The notes under the pieces are model-generated. The model saw only the letters and a list, made by a program, of their open reading frames with translations. It had not been told where the DNA came from and searched no databases. Shown piece after piece: positions 28,051-40,710 of a stretch of 64,000 nucleotides of DNA. Source of the stretch: Oopsacas minuta (Eukaryota; Animalia; Porifera); the NCBI GenBank assembly GCA_024704765.1, contig JAKMXF010000295.1, positions 478,109 to 542,108 of the forward strand, read 5' to 3'. Within the stretch, counting starts at the first letter, position 1, and the number at the start of each line of letters is the position of its first letter. The position numbers and the translations under genes are program-made.

Positions 28051-28740
28051 NNNNNNNNNNNNNNNNNNNNNNNNNNNNNNNNNNNNNNNNNNNNNNNNNN
28101 NNNNNNNNNNNNNNNNNNNNNNNNNNNNNNNNNNNNNNNNNNNNNNNNNNNNNNNNNNNNNNNNNNNNNNNNNNNNNNNNNNNNNNNNNNNNNNNNNNNN
28201 NNNNNNNNNNNNNNNNNNNNNNNNNNNNNNNNNNNNNNNNNNNNNNNNNNNNNNNNNNNNNNNNNNNNNNNNNNNNNNNNNNNNNNNNNNNNNNNNNNNN
28301 NNNNNNNNNNNNNNNNNNNNNNNNNNNNNNNNNNNNNNNNNNNNNNNNNNNNNNNNNNNNNNNNNNNNNNNNNNNNNNNNNNNNNNNNNNNNNNNNNNNN
28401 NNNNNNNNNNNNNNNNNNNNNNNNNNNNNNNNNNNNNNNNNNNNNNNNNNNNNNNNNNNNNNNNNNNNNNNNNNNNNNNNNNNNNNNNNNNNNNNNNNNN
28501 NNNNNNNNNNNNNNNNNNNNNNNNNNNNNNNNNNNNNNNNNNNNNNNNNNNNNNNNNNNNNNNNNNNNNNNNNNNNNNNNNNNNNNNNNNNNNNNNNNNN
28601 NNNNNNNNNNNNNNNNNNNNNNNNNNNNNNNNNNNNNNNNNNNNNNNNNNNNNNNNNNNNNNNNNNNNNNNNNNNNNNNNNNNNNNNNNNNNNNNNNNNN
28701 NNNNNNNNNNNNNNNNNNNNNNNNNNNNNNNNNNNNNNNN
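28051..28740. other. Assembly gap (690 N)
   Basis: A continuous run of N. Confidence 1.
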
Positions 28741-29142
28741 ATATATATACTATGTACATAATGCTATTGTTGTAATATGTAATCATGATGAATTTTTGGC
28801 AAAAAATCGAAATTTTTCTGAAAATGTAGCTATATGGTTGTGAAAAACCTGACGTGATAAGAAAAAACTGAATAGATATCCAGAATCAGCACCTAAATTA
28901 GTCTAAATCAGTGATCAAAATATAAACAACTGCAATATAACATTTTTTGCAGGCCTGTGTAATTGATTATTGCATAGTTGTCAAGTCTCACGGATCCAAA
29001 GTGAGACGAATTTTAACCTAATCTCACCTTCATTTATACCTTCTCATTGCAGATTTTTGGAGAAAATTGAAGTTTTTACAGTAATTCATAACGAAATACT
29101 GACTGATATGCCATTATGGTAGGGAGAGTTGCTATTATCCAT

Positions 29143-29830
29143 CAGGCACGTAGCTACAGGGGGGGGAGGGGAGGCAGTCGCCCCCCAAAAGTTTTTCTCG
29201 CTCCCCTAGATAAATTTGGAAGTTTTCGTTTGTAAATACAGTGTAGTTAACTTATTAGTAACCATCTTTTGGGTCCCAAATGGGATTATAATGTTAATTT
29301 CGTTCCCCTACTAACAACCAAATTTCTGCGAAATCTGAGTTGCTAATAAGCGAGCTCCACTGTAGTTAATAGCCTATTTACTTCAACTGCGTCGTCCAAA
29401 CTATGAAATTAATAACTCGCGTTGCGATGATAGTTTTAATACTAGACAGGAAGTAACGCTCATTAATAGTAAACTCGTTCTATTTTGATAGGCACTGAAT
29501 TTCTACTATAATTTTAATTGAATTACCACAGACCGCTAGTAATTGTTGTCAGAAATTAGACTGTCCATGGAAGTGATTGAAACATTGGTGATCCTCTTAG
29601 TGTTTCAGTTTTCAAAGCTTATGTTATACCAAATTCTTGTGACTATCCTTCAGACGTATTGCAAGATTGAGCAAATGTTCCCATCTGTTAAGAAATAAAA
29701 ACTCGTTTGGGTTCAGAAAAGACCACTGTGTGTCTCAACCATCTTGCCCTGTTATCTATTGAAAAAGATATCGCAGAAACACTTTGCTATAATGACGTGA
29801 TTGAACATTTTAAGTAGATGAAGCACCACT
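29143..29830 (+). mobile_element. Truncated or deleted hAT fragment (5' end plus C-terminal dimerisation remnant)
   Basis: It starts with CAGGCACGTAGCTACAGGGGGG, a hAT-like terminus. About 29700-29825 translates as TRLGSEKTTVCLNHLALLSIEKDIAETLCYNDVIEHF, the hAT C-terminal motif. No right TIR was found. Confidence 0.6.
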
Positions 29831-29899
29831 GCTTTCTTTTGTAATGTCAAATAGTATCCCTGAATTGAGTTTAGTATCTTAATCGCATCAAATACATAA

Positions 29900-30567
29900 G
29901 GCTGAAATCTCTTCTTATCAAAAAACTCACAACTGTTTAATATTGAGCACGTAGCACTCATAATAATAACTCTAACATCTGGTCGAGATAGCAACACATC
30001 CTTGACAACGCCCAAAAGAATGTCTGATATTAAACGACGCTCATGCACCTTGTCTAGAATAATGACGTCATAACTTGATAGTCTATTATCAGTCATAGCG
30101 TGACGTTACAAACTACCATCTGTTACTTATGTCAGCGCAGTTTTAGGGCCAGCATAATGATCGAACCTTACAGCATAGCCCACTTCCTCTCCGAGGTAGA
30201 CATACATCTCCTGAGCAACCCGTTGAGCTAAACTAATGGGAGCAATTCTCCTAGGCTGTACACATATTATACGGATTGTTGTATTGATATCTAAACTCCG
30301 TTGAGGTATTTGTGTACTTTTACCTGATCCAGTTTCTCCATCAAATAGTAAAACATGTGTGTTTTTAATTAATTCAATTATTGGATCTTTATACTGCCAA
30401 ATTGACAGTGATTTCCTCCTAGAAAGCAGTTTATAGGAATTCGCACTGCGTTTCAATTGAGGGCTGCTATAGTCATACAGTTTATAAGATGTTGTAGGCA
30501 TATACGAATAGCGGGGATCGTAATAATCTTCATCAGAAGAGTCGGAGTAGAAGCTAGACCTAGCCAT
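29900..30567 (-). pseudogene. DEAH-box RNA helicase (DHX15/Prp43-like) N-terminal fragment, pseudogene
   Basis: The motifs GETGSGKSTQIPQ, QPRRIA, GEEVGYAVRF, TALT*VTDGSL*RHAM, YDVIILDKVHER and IMSAT are present. There are two in-frame stops, motif II reads DKVH, and homology ends just after motif III. Confidence 0.85.
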
Positions 30568-30580
30568 AGTCGTTAGTAGC

Positions 30581-30879
<299 letters not shown>

Positions 30880-30881
30880 GT

Positions 30882-31421
30882 TCATTTAATTGTTTCTGAT
30901 CGTGATCGGGTTATCGGGCCTTGTGGTCGCTTAGTTGAATTGCTATCAGGGATTTGTACGATATTTTTCGCGTGGATCAATCCTTGCTTTATTAAAGCAT
31001 TTAAATTATCTCCCCCTTCCACCGTCACCCTATATTTATGCCTTCTCCCATGGGAATTTCGTTTGGCCAATCTCAATCTTGGTCTCTTTGGAGTTGAAAA
31101 GGTAACTTTCTTGACTTTACCTGACTTTTTCACTCTGAGGGAAGATTTTAATTCATTTACACAACTTTTCATCTTATTGCTTTGCCAAATAGACAATACT
31201 TCAGGAAATGAATTCCCCATAGTATGAAGCTCTTGCATACGTAGCTGTAGGAATTCTTTGGGAAGAGTAGATTTCAAGCGAGTCATTTTGTCTTCAAATA
31301 CTTGAATGAGAGACATGAAATCCTGCTCCAGATCTTTCATATGTCTCTCTCCCATCACTGTTAGATCATGGTGTACATTAGCAACAAACCTCAGTCGTAC
31401 TTGTCGTGAGGCTGGTTTCAT
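30882..31421 (-). CDS. 179-aa protein, tentatively Borealin/CDCA8-like
   Basis: An intact ORF. The N-terminal helix ends LPKEFLQLRMQELHTMG (compare Borealin LPKALREMNWLDYFALG), there is a basic linker with TPKRP, and YRVTVEGGDNLNAL compares with Borealin FLTVPVGGGESLRLL. The comparison is from memory. Confidence 0.45.
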   Translation of the reverse strand: MKPASRQVRLRFVANVHHDLTVMGERHMKDLEQDFMSLIQVFEDKMTRLKSTLPKEFLQLRMQELHTMGNSFPEVLSIWQSNKMKSCVNELKSSLRVKKSGKVKKVTFSTPKRPRLRLAKRNSHGRRHKYRVTVEGGDNLNALIKQGLIHAKNIVQIPDSNSTKRPQGPITRSRSETIK

Positions 31422-31952
31422 TAAGACTAGGAATTCTATATTAAATTAATTTTGTCAATTTTCTTACTAGTTTGTGTCTAGAATACAGTATCGCTCCAAT
31501 AACACCATACTTAGATAGCACATATGCAATATTGTGAAGAGGTAGGTGTAATCTGAGTTCTACTGCTTAATGAGAAGAATTATTTGAAATTACATATCCA
31601 AATAGTCTACGTAGTTATTGATAGCACTACATAGTATGGTTGATACCTATATTACTTCAATGTATCAACTCTCAGGGTTTGCCGGGCAAAATCCGAAATA
31701 TTTAATTAAAAAAGTTTCAAGATGGAGCTCTTAACTTACGTATTCATATGATGGAGAACTGTCAAAGATGCAATAGAGTAACTTTAGAAATGTAAACGGG
31801 AAAACGTGACTTCCTGGGTTATTTCCTTTTAAATGTATTAGTGTACCAATTTTCATGTCAATAGGACTGACAGATTTCGCAGTGCCGCGCAGACGGAGGG
31901 ACGTGGTTCATTATCCATGTTATTAGGGCATCTCCCCATAGGAGCTGCACTA

Positions 31953-33258
31953 CAGGGTGGCTCCAAAGTTTTGATACAAAATCACAATTCATATACGACC
32001 TTTATTAGGAAGTATTTTCAATGGTTTGCTCTCCATGACATACCTTATACGCTTCCTAACGAATATTATTTCAATTTAGTGTATACTATTTCGAAAAAAA
32101 ATTATGATTGACCATGGAATCTGAGAGGTCAGCAATTATTGAGTTGCATATGGCGGGGAAAGGTCCCTCAGAAATTTTGAAACTGCTGAATATTGCAAAA
32201 AGGACGTAGGACATTTATGTACGACGATAAATCGATATAAGGAAACTGGGGACACTAAAGACAACCAGAGATCTTGTTGTCCATGATCTGTAACGACCCA
32301 GGTTTCAAAAAAGGGGTGCGAGAACAGTTTCGGCCGAACCCACACCATTCGATGAGGAAAATGGTCTTGGGAACTCAGTATATCTCGCCGAGCAATGCAA
32401 AAGGTTGTCAAAAGTGACTAGGAACGCGCTCTTTTAAACGCAAAAAGGTACAATTCCTATCTGGGTCGGTGAAAGAAAAGAGAGTGTCCCTGAGCAAGAG
32501 CCTCCTTGCTCTACACGCTATTGAGGTTCTCGAAAATATCCATTTCTCAGATGAGAAAAATTTCACCACAGAAGAGGCTACAAATAGCCAAAACGACAGA
32601 GCCATCTCGACCTCAGTTTCAGCGATCCCTGATAAGTTCAGATATATGTTGGATGAAAAGACCGCTGTCGGTGATGGTTTGGGCTGGGTCTCTGCTGTTG
32701 GCCGGACACCACTGATTTTAATCCTCCCAGGATTGAAATTCAATGCCAAAACATACCAAGAGCTTGTATTAGAGCCTGTGGTAAAAGGTCTGAGCCAGAC
32801 CATGTTTTCTGGACAGCCATTTGTCTTCCAACAAGATGGTGCTCCCGACCATACGACCAATACGACCCAAGATTGGATGAAGCACAATACTCCCAATTTT
32901 ATTCACAAAGATGTATGGCCACCATACAGTCCCGATTTAAATCCTATGGACTATTCTGTATGGTCGATCTTGGAAAACAAGGCTTGTTCTGTGTCACACA
33001 ACACAGTTAGCTCTCTAAAGATTTCCTTGTGTCGAGAATGGGAGAAGATACCCCAAGAAACCCTGCGTGCCGCAGTTGAAGGATTCCCGAACAGACTCAG
33101 GGCTGTCATTTCCTAAAAGGGTGGTTATATTGAATAAATGACTAGACAATCTCTTCCTAATAGTATGTATTAATTATATATAGAAGATCAATGATGTAGG
33201 TCATGCTGAAAAAACAGTATATACAAATGGTTTGTATCAGAACTTTGGAGCCACCCTG
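31953..33258 (+). mobile_element. DD37D (maT)-like element, 1306 bp, frameshifted transposase (about 32114-33137)
   Basis: The 28-bp TIRs CAGGGTGGCTCCAAAGTT(T/C)TGATACAAA match at 27/28 and have TA flanks. FSDEK and QQDGAPDH..YSPDLNPMD are present, with exactly 37 residues between the last two D. Confidence 0.95.
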
Positions 33259-35983
33259 TAAAAATGGTAAACGATGCCCACGTAATGTTCACTGGCTAGC
33301 CAACTATAGTAGCATGTACAATCAAGTTAACAATACAAACTAACGTTATAGTCAACTATAAATTCAGTACGTTGGCTTACTAGAACCTAATGTGCAATGG
33401 TAACTCCTTAGTAAGGGAATAGAGACTATTCTCGTATTAGGAGATATCATGCTAGATACGCGCATAAACACCGCAACTAGTGCGACTAACATCCGAGGGA
33501 CCTGTACCAGTTTGTATAGAATCTACACGTGAAGATAGCTGGGAGGTTCTGGACTAGTAACAATGAACCTAACTTAGTTAGGAAGATCTGTAACTCCAGT
33601 AGGAGTGGTGGGGAGGGATGAGATGAGTGAACAGATCTTGGATAATCTTGATATAAAGGGTATAAGGAGTGATGGGATTTTTAGAGTCACAGATAGAATA
33701 ACCGCAAAGTTGTGAGAAGTTGATATCAAGAATAATAAAGAAGAGTCTAAATTCATAGATATAGAAACAGAAGAGAAAATAATTGAATATATTCATGTAG
33801 TTACATCATGTTGTGTTGTGCTGCTAATAGACTATAGAAAAGGGTTGATAACATGTAATATCATACATGGAATAAGGGAAACACAGAGAATAGAAATATA
33901 CTTGTTATAGCAGATACTAAACACTAAATTTAAACATTTCAAGATTTTCATACTTTCAAGTTTAATTTTAAAGAATTTTGAATGAACTGCCGGGGGTGCC
34001 TGGGGGGACCTGCCCCAAAAATTATTGAATACATTGATTATACCAAGGGATAGTGGGAAACTGGATAGATTTAGAGACTCTGTCCTCCAAAAATTCCACC
34101 TAGCCCCCTCAAAAATCCTGTTGCTACTACGACCATGGACGACTCTACGAATGAACAAATTAAGGGAGGGCAACAATCTGACGGAGTAGAGATCATGAAA
34201 AATATCTCTACATGCTCTTCAACTAATATAATAAATTCGTATAAATATTTGCCTTTTTCTAAGACAGATGATAATCTGTCCAACTCACTTTATAGATTAG
34301 ATCCTAGTTTGAAGTCATATAAACGTTGAGAAATATTAGAGAAATAATAATTATATGGTAATAGTGAAAAATGTTAGGTTAGAAATGGCATTAACAGTAA
34401 ATATTTACGAGTTTCTACTATACATCTTAATAACATACCGAAATGTTTACGTACCGAACGGTCAGTATCCCAATAAAGATCTTTTTCGTGCTCCAATAAA
34501 TAAGCACTAAAATCACCAGCAAAATCACATGTGAACGAATTAGAGCTAGACCTTGTCTATTTCCTGCTCAAGGGCTGAATCAAGATAATTCTGGAGGGTA
34601 ATTCATCTAATTGGTCTCTCATTAGAATCCTACCTGTGCGTTCGTACTCTTTCCTTCATCCCAAACTTGTGACATTGAAGAAATGAAATAATTTAGTGCT
34701 AAGTATTGGGGAAACAACACAATCGTTAAAATAGAAATTAGGGAAGAAATCAGTAAGAAATAGAAATGAATAAAATTAGGGAAATTGGTAATAATTATTA
34801 ATGAGCATTACCGAACTTATGGGTGTATAAAATATTCAAATTCTCATACATTGTGAATATATAAAGTATTTGGATAATTGACATTGTCCATTGGCTATGT
34901 ACTGTATCTGGTCCTCCAATTATATTAAAATTTCTTCACCTCTTTTATGAATATATTTATATACATATGATGAAAACTGCAACTTGTACGTCTTTGCCGT
35001 TAGTTCGATATTAAATATAGTATTACGATTTGGGAGCATATTGAATTGACTGGTTTGTGTGTAAATGAAGAGCAACAAAGGAAATCTCTAATAATAATTC
35101 AAATAATATTGAATCAAAGACATTATATTGTTCGAAACTTGAATGGATAAATTCGATAATCATAATTAATACTTTAATTGTTGAGAAGACTGCTGACAAC
35201 CTTATGACTTATGGGAGTTCAAAGAGAGTATGAAGTAATCCAAGGATAGGATTTCTTTCGAAGTGGGATAATTGAAATTATCAGAGTGGAAAAAACCAAA
35301 CTCCATGGACAATAAAAGCACATGCAATGTGGTCATAACTATCGTATTTATTGTATCGTTTCAAAATGCCACAAATGAAACGAAAATCGATTAACACTCA
35401 TTCAAATGTACAAATGCTATTCATGAAGAATTTTCGAAAATCCGGGGAAATGATTATAGAGGTTGATAAGAATGTAATATATATATAAAGTAGTTGAATT
35501 GAATACTGAGCATATATAGTTTGCATCTTTGGATATCCCAAAAGATATTGGTCAGTATTCCATCCAGACATTTTGGCAAGGGGGAGAGGAACCAGGGCTG
35601 GATTATCGCACATCCGGAATGTGCGATTGACAGGGCCCCCAAACCAGTGAATATTTACCTAATCACTGACCCGGGTCGTGTTTAGGTAATCTTTTAGATG
35701 TTTTAATTTACTTTCATTGTCCACTTTAATTATTTGCTAATTGCTCATAATGAAATTGTGTTTCTTTGCATTCTTCAATTCATAAGAAAAATTCCTTATT
35801 TTAAGGCTGGAGATCAATTTGTCAACAATGAACTCTATGAGTTAACTAAGGTGAAATTGTAAAACATATCATAGTTGTTTATTCATAACAAAGCATCATT
35901 TCCTACTATATGAGACCATTACAAATTATTTGTATATTTTGATACTTTCCTTAATAAGTTGTATTTGCAATATTTTTGATTCG

Positions 35984-38900
35984 ATGTCTTTCTACAAACA
36001 CAAAAGTGGGGCGCAGAAACGAGATGTTGCTGCTTCCACAGAGCGTTATATATCAAAGCTGCCAAAACTTGACAACTTCTTCCGCACCACAGCCCCAGGA
36101 TGCGACTATACAACCAACACAATCTAATAATGATCTTGGACAATTACAGCAGGTAGACAAGTAGCTTAATTTTTCTGCCGGAGAAGACAGTTCACCTCCT
36201 CTAATAATATCTCAATTGTCAATACATTTGAAAGATCGTCAACTTGGAGTGAATCGCTAAATTCTGCTCCAGAAATGACAGACCAACTAATTCGACTAGG
36301 CCTTGTTGCTGCGCACAACCGCTCAACGAGTTATCCGGCATCGAAGAGGGTATACAATGATGGTGAGTCCAGATATTTTCAGAACAGAATACTCATTGTT
36401 GAACATGCAAATGGTGAATTGGGCAAGCGTGAAGGGCTCTGCTACTCACCGTTGTTGGGTAATGTATACTGCTTCCAATGCACTATTATGTCAACTAAAT
36501 CGAAAGAATCCAACAACTCCTTCGTATAAGGCTTCAATGACTGGAGACACTTCGACCGAATAAAATGCCATGAAAACTCTCTCTATCATCACCGATGTAC
36601 TCTCGATCTGATTACACGAATAAGTCAACATGGTCACATTAACAGTGAATTGAACATCTCTATAGAGTCTGAACGTATTTATTGGTCACAGGTTCTAAAG
36701 AGAGTAATTGCTGTAATAAAATTCCTTGGAACCAACTGATTGGCTTTCCGTGGACCGATGAGAAATTTAATACAGGGCGTCCAGTAATTATTGACACCTT
36801 TCATAAGTTGATAAGTTTCGAAAACTACGCATCATTTATTCATTTCATTTACCTATATAATCTCCTTCTAATTCTATGCATTTTGCAATTCTATTCGGCA
36901 TGCCTACGATAAAATTTTCGAGGAGCGAAGAATCTAAGTTTGACCAAGCATTTTTCAGAAGAAATATGAGGTCTTGAAGGTTGTTTGGCTAGGGTGCCTC
37001 CTCAAGCTTCTGCTTGAGTATTGCCCAAAGATTTTCAATGGGGTTTAGGTCTGGCGAATTACCTGGCCACACTTCTTTCTGCCAAAATTACGTAAGTGTT
37101 TATAACACTATTCTTGCGAAATTTTAGCCCTGTGAGATGGAGCACCATCTTGCATGAATATCGATTTCAACGGGTCTGGAAGTATTCTCTTCTGCAAGAT
37201 ATTTCCTGTCTTTCTTTTGCGTTTAATTGCATCTTTACAGGTTTGGCCAATATCTCATCCGTATAATAGGCGGCATTTATATTTTGTTTAGGAGGTATTA
37301 TGTGCAGTTCAGAGACCGCTTGATAGCTCATCATGCCCCACACCATGACTCTTTGAGGAAATTTTACTGTTTGGTGAGGGGTATATTTGCTGAACTCTTT
37401 GCCCAAATTCGGTCATTTTGATGGTTTAAAGGATGAAAAAGTTCAAATGGAGACTCACTCCAAAGAATGCATTTCCAATCATCCACTGACCAATTTCGAT
37501 ATTGTTGGCAGAACAAAAGTCTGTTTTCCTTATGTTTTGGTGTTGATTTCGGTTGTTTGGGCCTTTTGAAGGGTGTAGCGCCAACAGACTTCTTCAAATA
37601 AGAGTGTACAGTACTTTTCGAAATAGAATGTCCTTTAGATTTCAATTTTTCACTCAATCTCCCTATGGACTGATGTCTTTCTCCCAAAGACTTTGATATT
37701 ATCATCTTTGCCACTGGATTCAATTTTGGCGGTCTTCCTGCACCAGGTCTATGATGGAGACTCTGGTTATTGATATGGCGTTTCCACCACCTTTTAATAG
37801 TGGCAATTCCCTACTAAGACGATTAGCTGCATCTTTTTGTGTCATGCCGCCTTCTATCATACCAATAGCACGTGAACGAATCTCAATATTCATGATAATG
37901 ACGCTAATAAAGATAGGAAATTCTGGTTCAATAAATTATATAAAAATTTCACTAAATTTTTGATATTTGAAATTAAAAATTGCGAAAAAGATTGAATCGG
38001 TAATGAACATAAATGAAATATCATTATACATACTTAGGAAACAACATAAATCAAAATATGGTCAAATGAAAATAGAAATTCATGGTATCAATAATTTCTG
38101 GACACCCTGTAGTATTAACTCAGGCAACTATATTAACACCCCCTAAAGCTTCTTGCAAAGTTCGATGCATTCATTGCCGGCCACATCATCAGATACGCGG
38201 ACAAAGGGCGCGGGAGTGTATCATATTTATCTTCCACTATTGCTTATGAGTTCATCGCTGTGATCGCAGAGAAAATAACTGATACGATCGTAGCTAAAGT
38301 AAAAAAGGCAAAATATTACTCCATCAGTGTTGACTCAAGCTCAGATTTCAGTCATGTAGACCAGCTTGTGGTCGTGATCCGTTGTATTCACTCCCATCGA
38401 CATGAACCTGTCGAACGCTTTCTTACCTTCATCCCCATTTTCTCACACACTGGGCAGTCACTTGCAAATGTACACTCGAATTACTTCATAGACTAGGAAT
38501 TGATCTTGGAAGGATGAGGGGACAGTGTTACGATAACGCTGCAAATATGTCTGGCAAGAATAACGGAATGCAAAAGAAAATTCTTGAAAATGCCCCTCTC
38601 GCAATTTATCTTCCATGCTCACCACACTCTTTAAATTTGGTAGGACAGACCGCAGTTTCATCTGTCGATAGAGCAACGATTATTTTCAGTTTCATACAGA
38701 ACGTGTATACTTTTCCACTCACCGATGGAAAGTATTGACAGATCACCTTGGGGATAAACTAGTGCCAAAGAATCTCGCTGATACGCGATGGTCAGTACAC
38801 GCTCAGGCGATAAGTGCTTTGAAAGAAGGTTATGATCAGCTGGACGAAGCATTGCAGGAAATTGCAAACGACTTGCAACAAAAGCCATCTACTCGAGATG

Positions 38901-39790
38901 AAGCTGAAAATCTGTCTGCTACACTGTCCATCTTGGATACCCCACTTCTTACAGAATTGTGGAATCAAATACTGCATCGAATCAACAGCGTCAACAAATG
39001 CCATTAAGATGTTTCATTAGACCTTAGTGAAACATCATATCTCCTAAATTCATTGGTTGGATACTTCAAGTCATTGAGGGAACGCTTCACTGCTATTCTG
39101 TTAGATACAAATAATATTTCGCAAAAGGAAAGAAAAGATTCTTCCCGAGGGAGCTGTGGACATCAAGGGCAACATTCAACCAGCAAAATTGATTCATTGA
39201 GGATCAATGTAGTTCTACCAATTATAGACCTCCTTATTGTGGAACTGATTCGTCGTACAGAGGTCTACAAAGATGTCTACCCATTGTTTGGCTTTCTGAT
39301 TTAATTTATGCGCGACCACCCCAAAAGAAGAAGTTGTTGAGAAGGTTTAACATTTGATATCCAAAAATCCTGAAGACCTCAAAGACGTCCATGAAATTAT
39401 TGAGGTCATACATTATCGTATTCTCATGTCAGTTGTGCCTGGGGAAGAGCTGAGAATAAAGTGTACTTCTAGGAATCCCGGTGATGATAATCGTATAAGC
39501 TTCGACGGTGTATATCTCTATTTGTGCAACCATAGCATCGACAGCGTATTTCCCAATGTCACCATAGCATTGCGAATTTGTTTGACCATCATGTGCGTGG
39601 TAGCGACTGATGAATAATATTTTAACCACATGAACGTATAAAATATGTACTTCGCATATCAATGTCAGAGGACCGATTCACTGATCTAGCTATGATTACG
39701 ATTAAGCGGGAGCTATTGGAAAAAACCGACGACAAAGAAATTATCTCTAAATTCGTGGATCAAAAATTCAAAAATATCTATGAATCTATA
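35984..39790 (+). pseudogene. ZMYM1-like hAT transposase pseudogene, interrupted at 36773-38109
   Basis: Fragments include MSFYKHKSGAQKR, REGLCYSPLLGNVYCFQC (TTF zinc finger), YYSISVDSSSDFSHVDQL, RGQCYDNAANMSG, LPCSPHSLNL, DTRWS, FPNVTIALRI and MSEDRFTDLAMITI. There are many stops and frameshifts. Confidence 0.88.
36773..38109 (-). mobile_element. Tc1-like DD37E element, 1337 bp, nested in the hAT transposase
   Basis: The TIRs CAGGG(C/T)GTCCAG(T/A)AATTATTGA(C/T)ACC match at 23/26 and have TA flanks. MQDGAPSH..GNSPDLNPIE gives 37 residues after one frameshift is restored. Confidence 0.93.
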
Positions 39791-40036
39791 TTATTAAATC
39801 TGCATTTTTGTCTGTTTGTCTGTCTGTTTGTTTGTTTGTCCGTTGTCAAGGAAAGGCCCGAACGGAAGGTAACGCACAGGGCCCGCAATATGCTTAATGC
39901 GGCCCTGGATCATTGAGCTAATTGAATACAAGTTCAGAACAATGGATTGCTAGAGAGTTTCGAGTTAGTAACTAATTGTGCTGGTTAGTTAGTCTTAATT
40001 AAGAATATAGTACTATGACTTGTAGATATTTAGAAG

Positions 40037-40172
40037 GATCGGAATCATTTCGGAAGATCATCGATCCAATCCCGATCCTTCTATCTCAAATGGATCGACG
40101 ATCCTCTTCCGATCCTGAAGAAGGATCTAGATCCGGATTGTACGATCTTTGGTCGAAAGATCCTAATGCCCT
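40037..40172. repeat. GATC-motif cluster ending in a TAGGG-type terminus (probable hAT subterminal remnant)
   Basis: There are 11 GATC in 126 bp (40037-40162), followed by GATCCTAATGCCCTA. Confidence 0.5.
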
Positions 40173-40710
40173 ACGTATATATTTACATTAACCCAAAATA
40201 TGGGCTTAAGGTAACTAAAATAAGAAACAGTGTAGAAACGAATACATAAATTCAATTTGGTAAATAGGGATATCAAAACTTTCACGTAGTACGGCACAAT
40301 TCCACACTATGGAGTCTGTATATTGTTAAGTATCAATAATACATTCTGCCATAAAGTACCATTTCAATATAATTGCAACGATTATATTTTGCTTAGTAAG
40401 CATTTTTGTGCATAAATGTATCCATCTTGGTGCACCGTAAACTATAAATACTACAGTTAAGATTTCAGCATTCATACTCAATTATCTAATTATACTTTAT
40501 ACAAAATATTAAAATTTGACATGATAACGTTGGCAAATTCCCGAGGGACCAATGATGTTTAAAATACAAATAATTATAACTCGAAAAGTTCAATTTTTTC
40601 GCAAAATAAGTCAGTCCAATACCTAGTATATACCCGACTTCCCATACACTAATAATACATTTGATATGATATCTCTACACTCATGACATAAGTTGGACAT
40701 GACTTTAGAT

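Larger units (their letters stand above)
26619..28959 (-). mobile_element. Chapaev3-like (CMC superfamily) transposon spanning an assembly gap
   Basis: Both termini are CACAGGCCT (and its reverse complement), both are flanked by the 3-bp TSD TAA, and there are imperfect subterminal inverted repeats of about 110 bp. Transposase fragments carry DWRLFIESSKRSLKCVLLHNGN, VDLKMV..LLGQQSGFTKYPCFL, PLHIKLGLMKQF, SEEQGERFHQDI and MMADYCWCL. Confidence 0.82.
35593..39907 (+). mobile_element. hAT transposon (ZMYM1-like/TTF-zinc-finger type) containing a nested DD37E element
   Basis: The termini are CAGGGCTGGATTA and (reverse complement) CAGGGCCGCATTA (11/13), with subterminal GGGCCC at both ends. No TSD was recognised. 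Confidence 0.75.

Noticed and set aside
27990-28786. Long ORFs full of X
   Set aside because: They are artefacts of the N gap.
33540-33900. Possible LINE endonuclease fragment (minus strand FIILDINFS), plus an LDLAKTFD RT-like octamer near 24530
   Set aside because: Each is a single short motif without supporting flanking homology.
35585-39915. Target-site duplication for the ZMYM1-like hAT
   Set aside because: The flanking octamers AGAGGAAC and GATCATTG do not match, so the ends rest on TIR similarity only.
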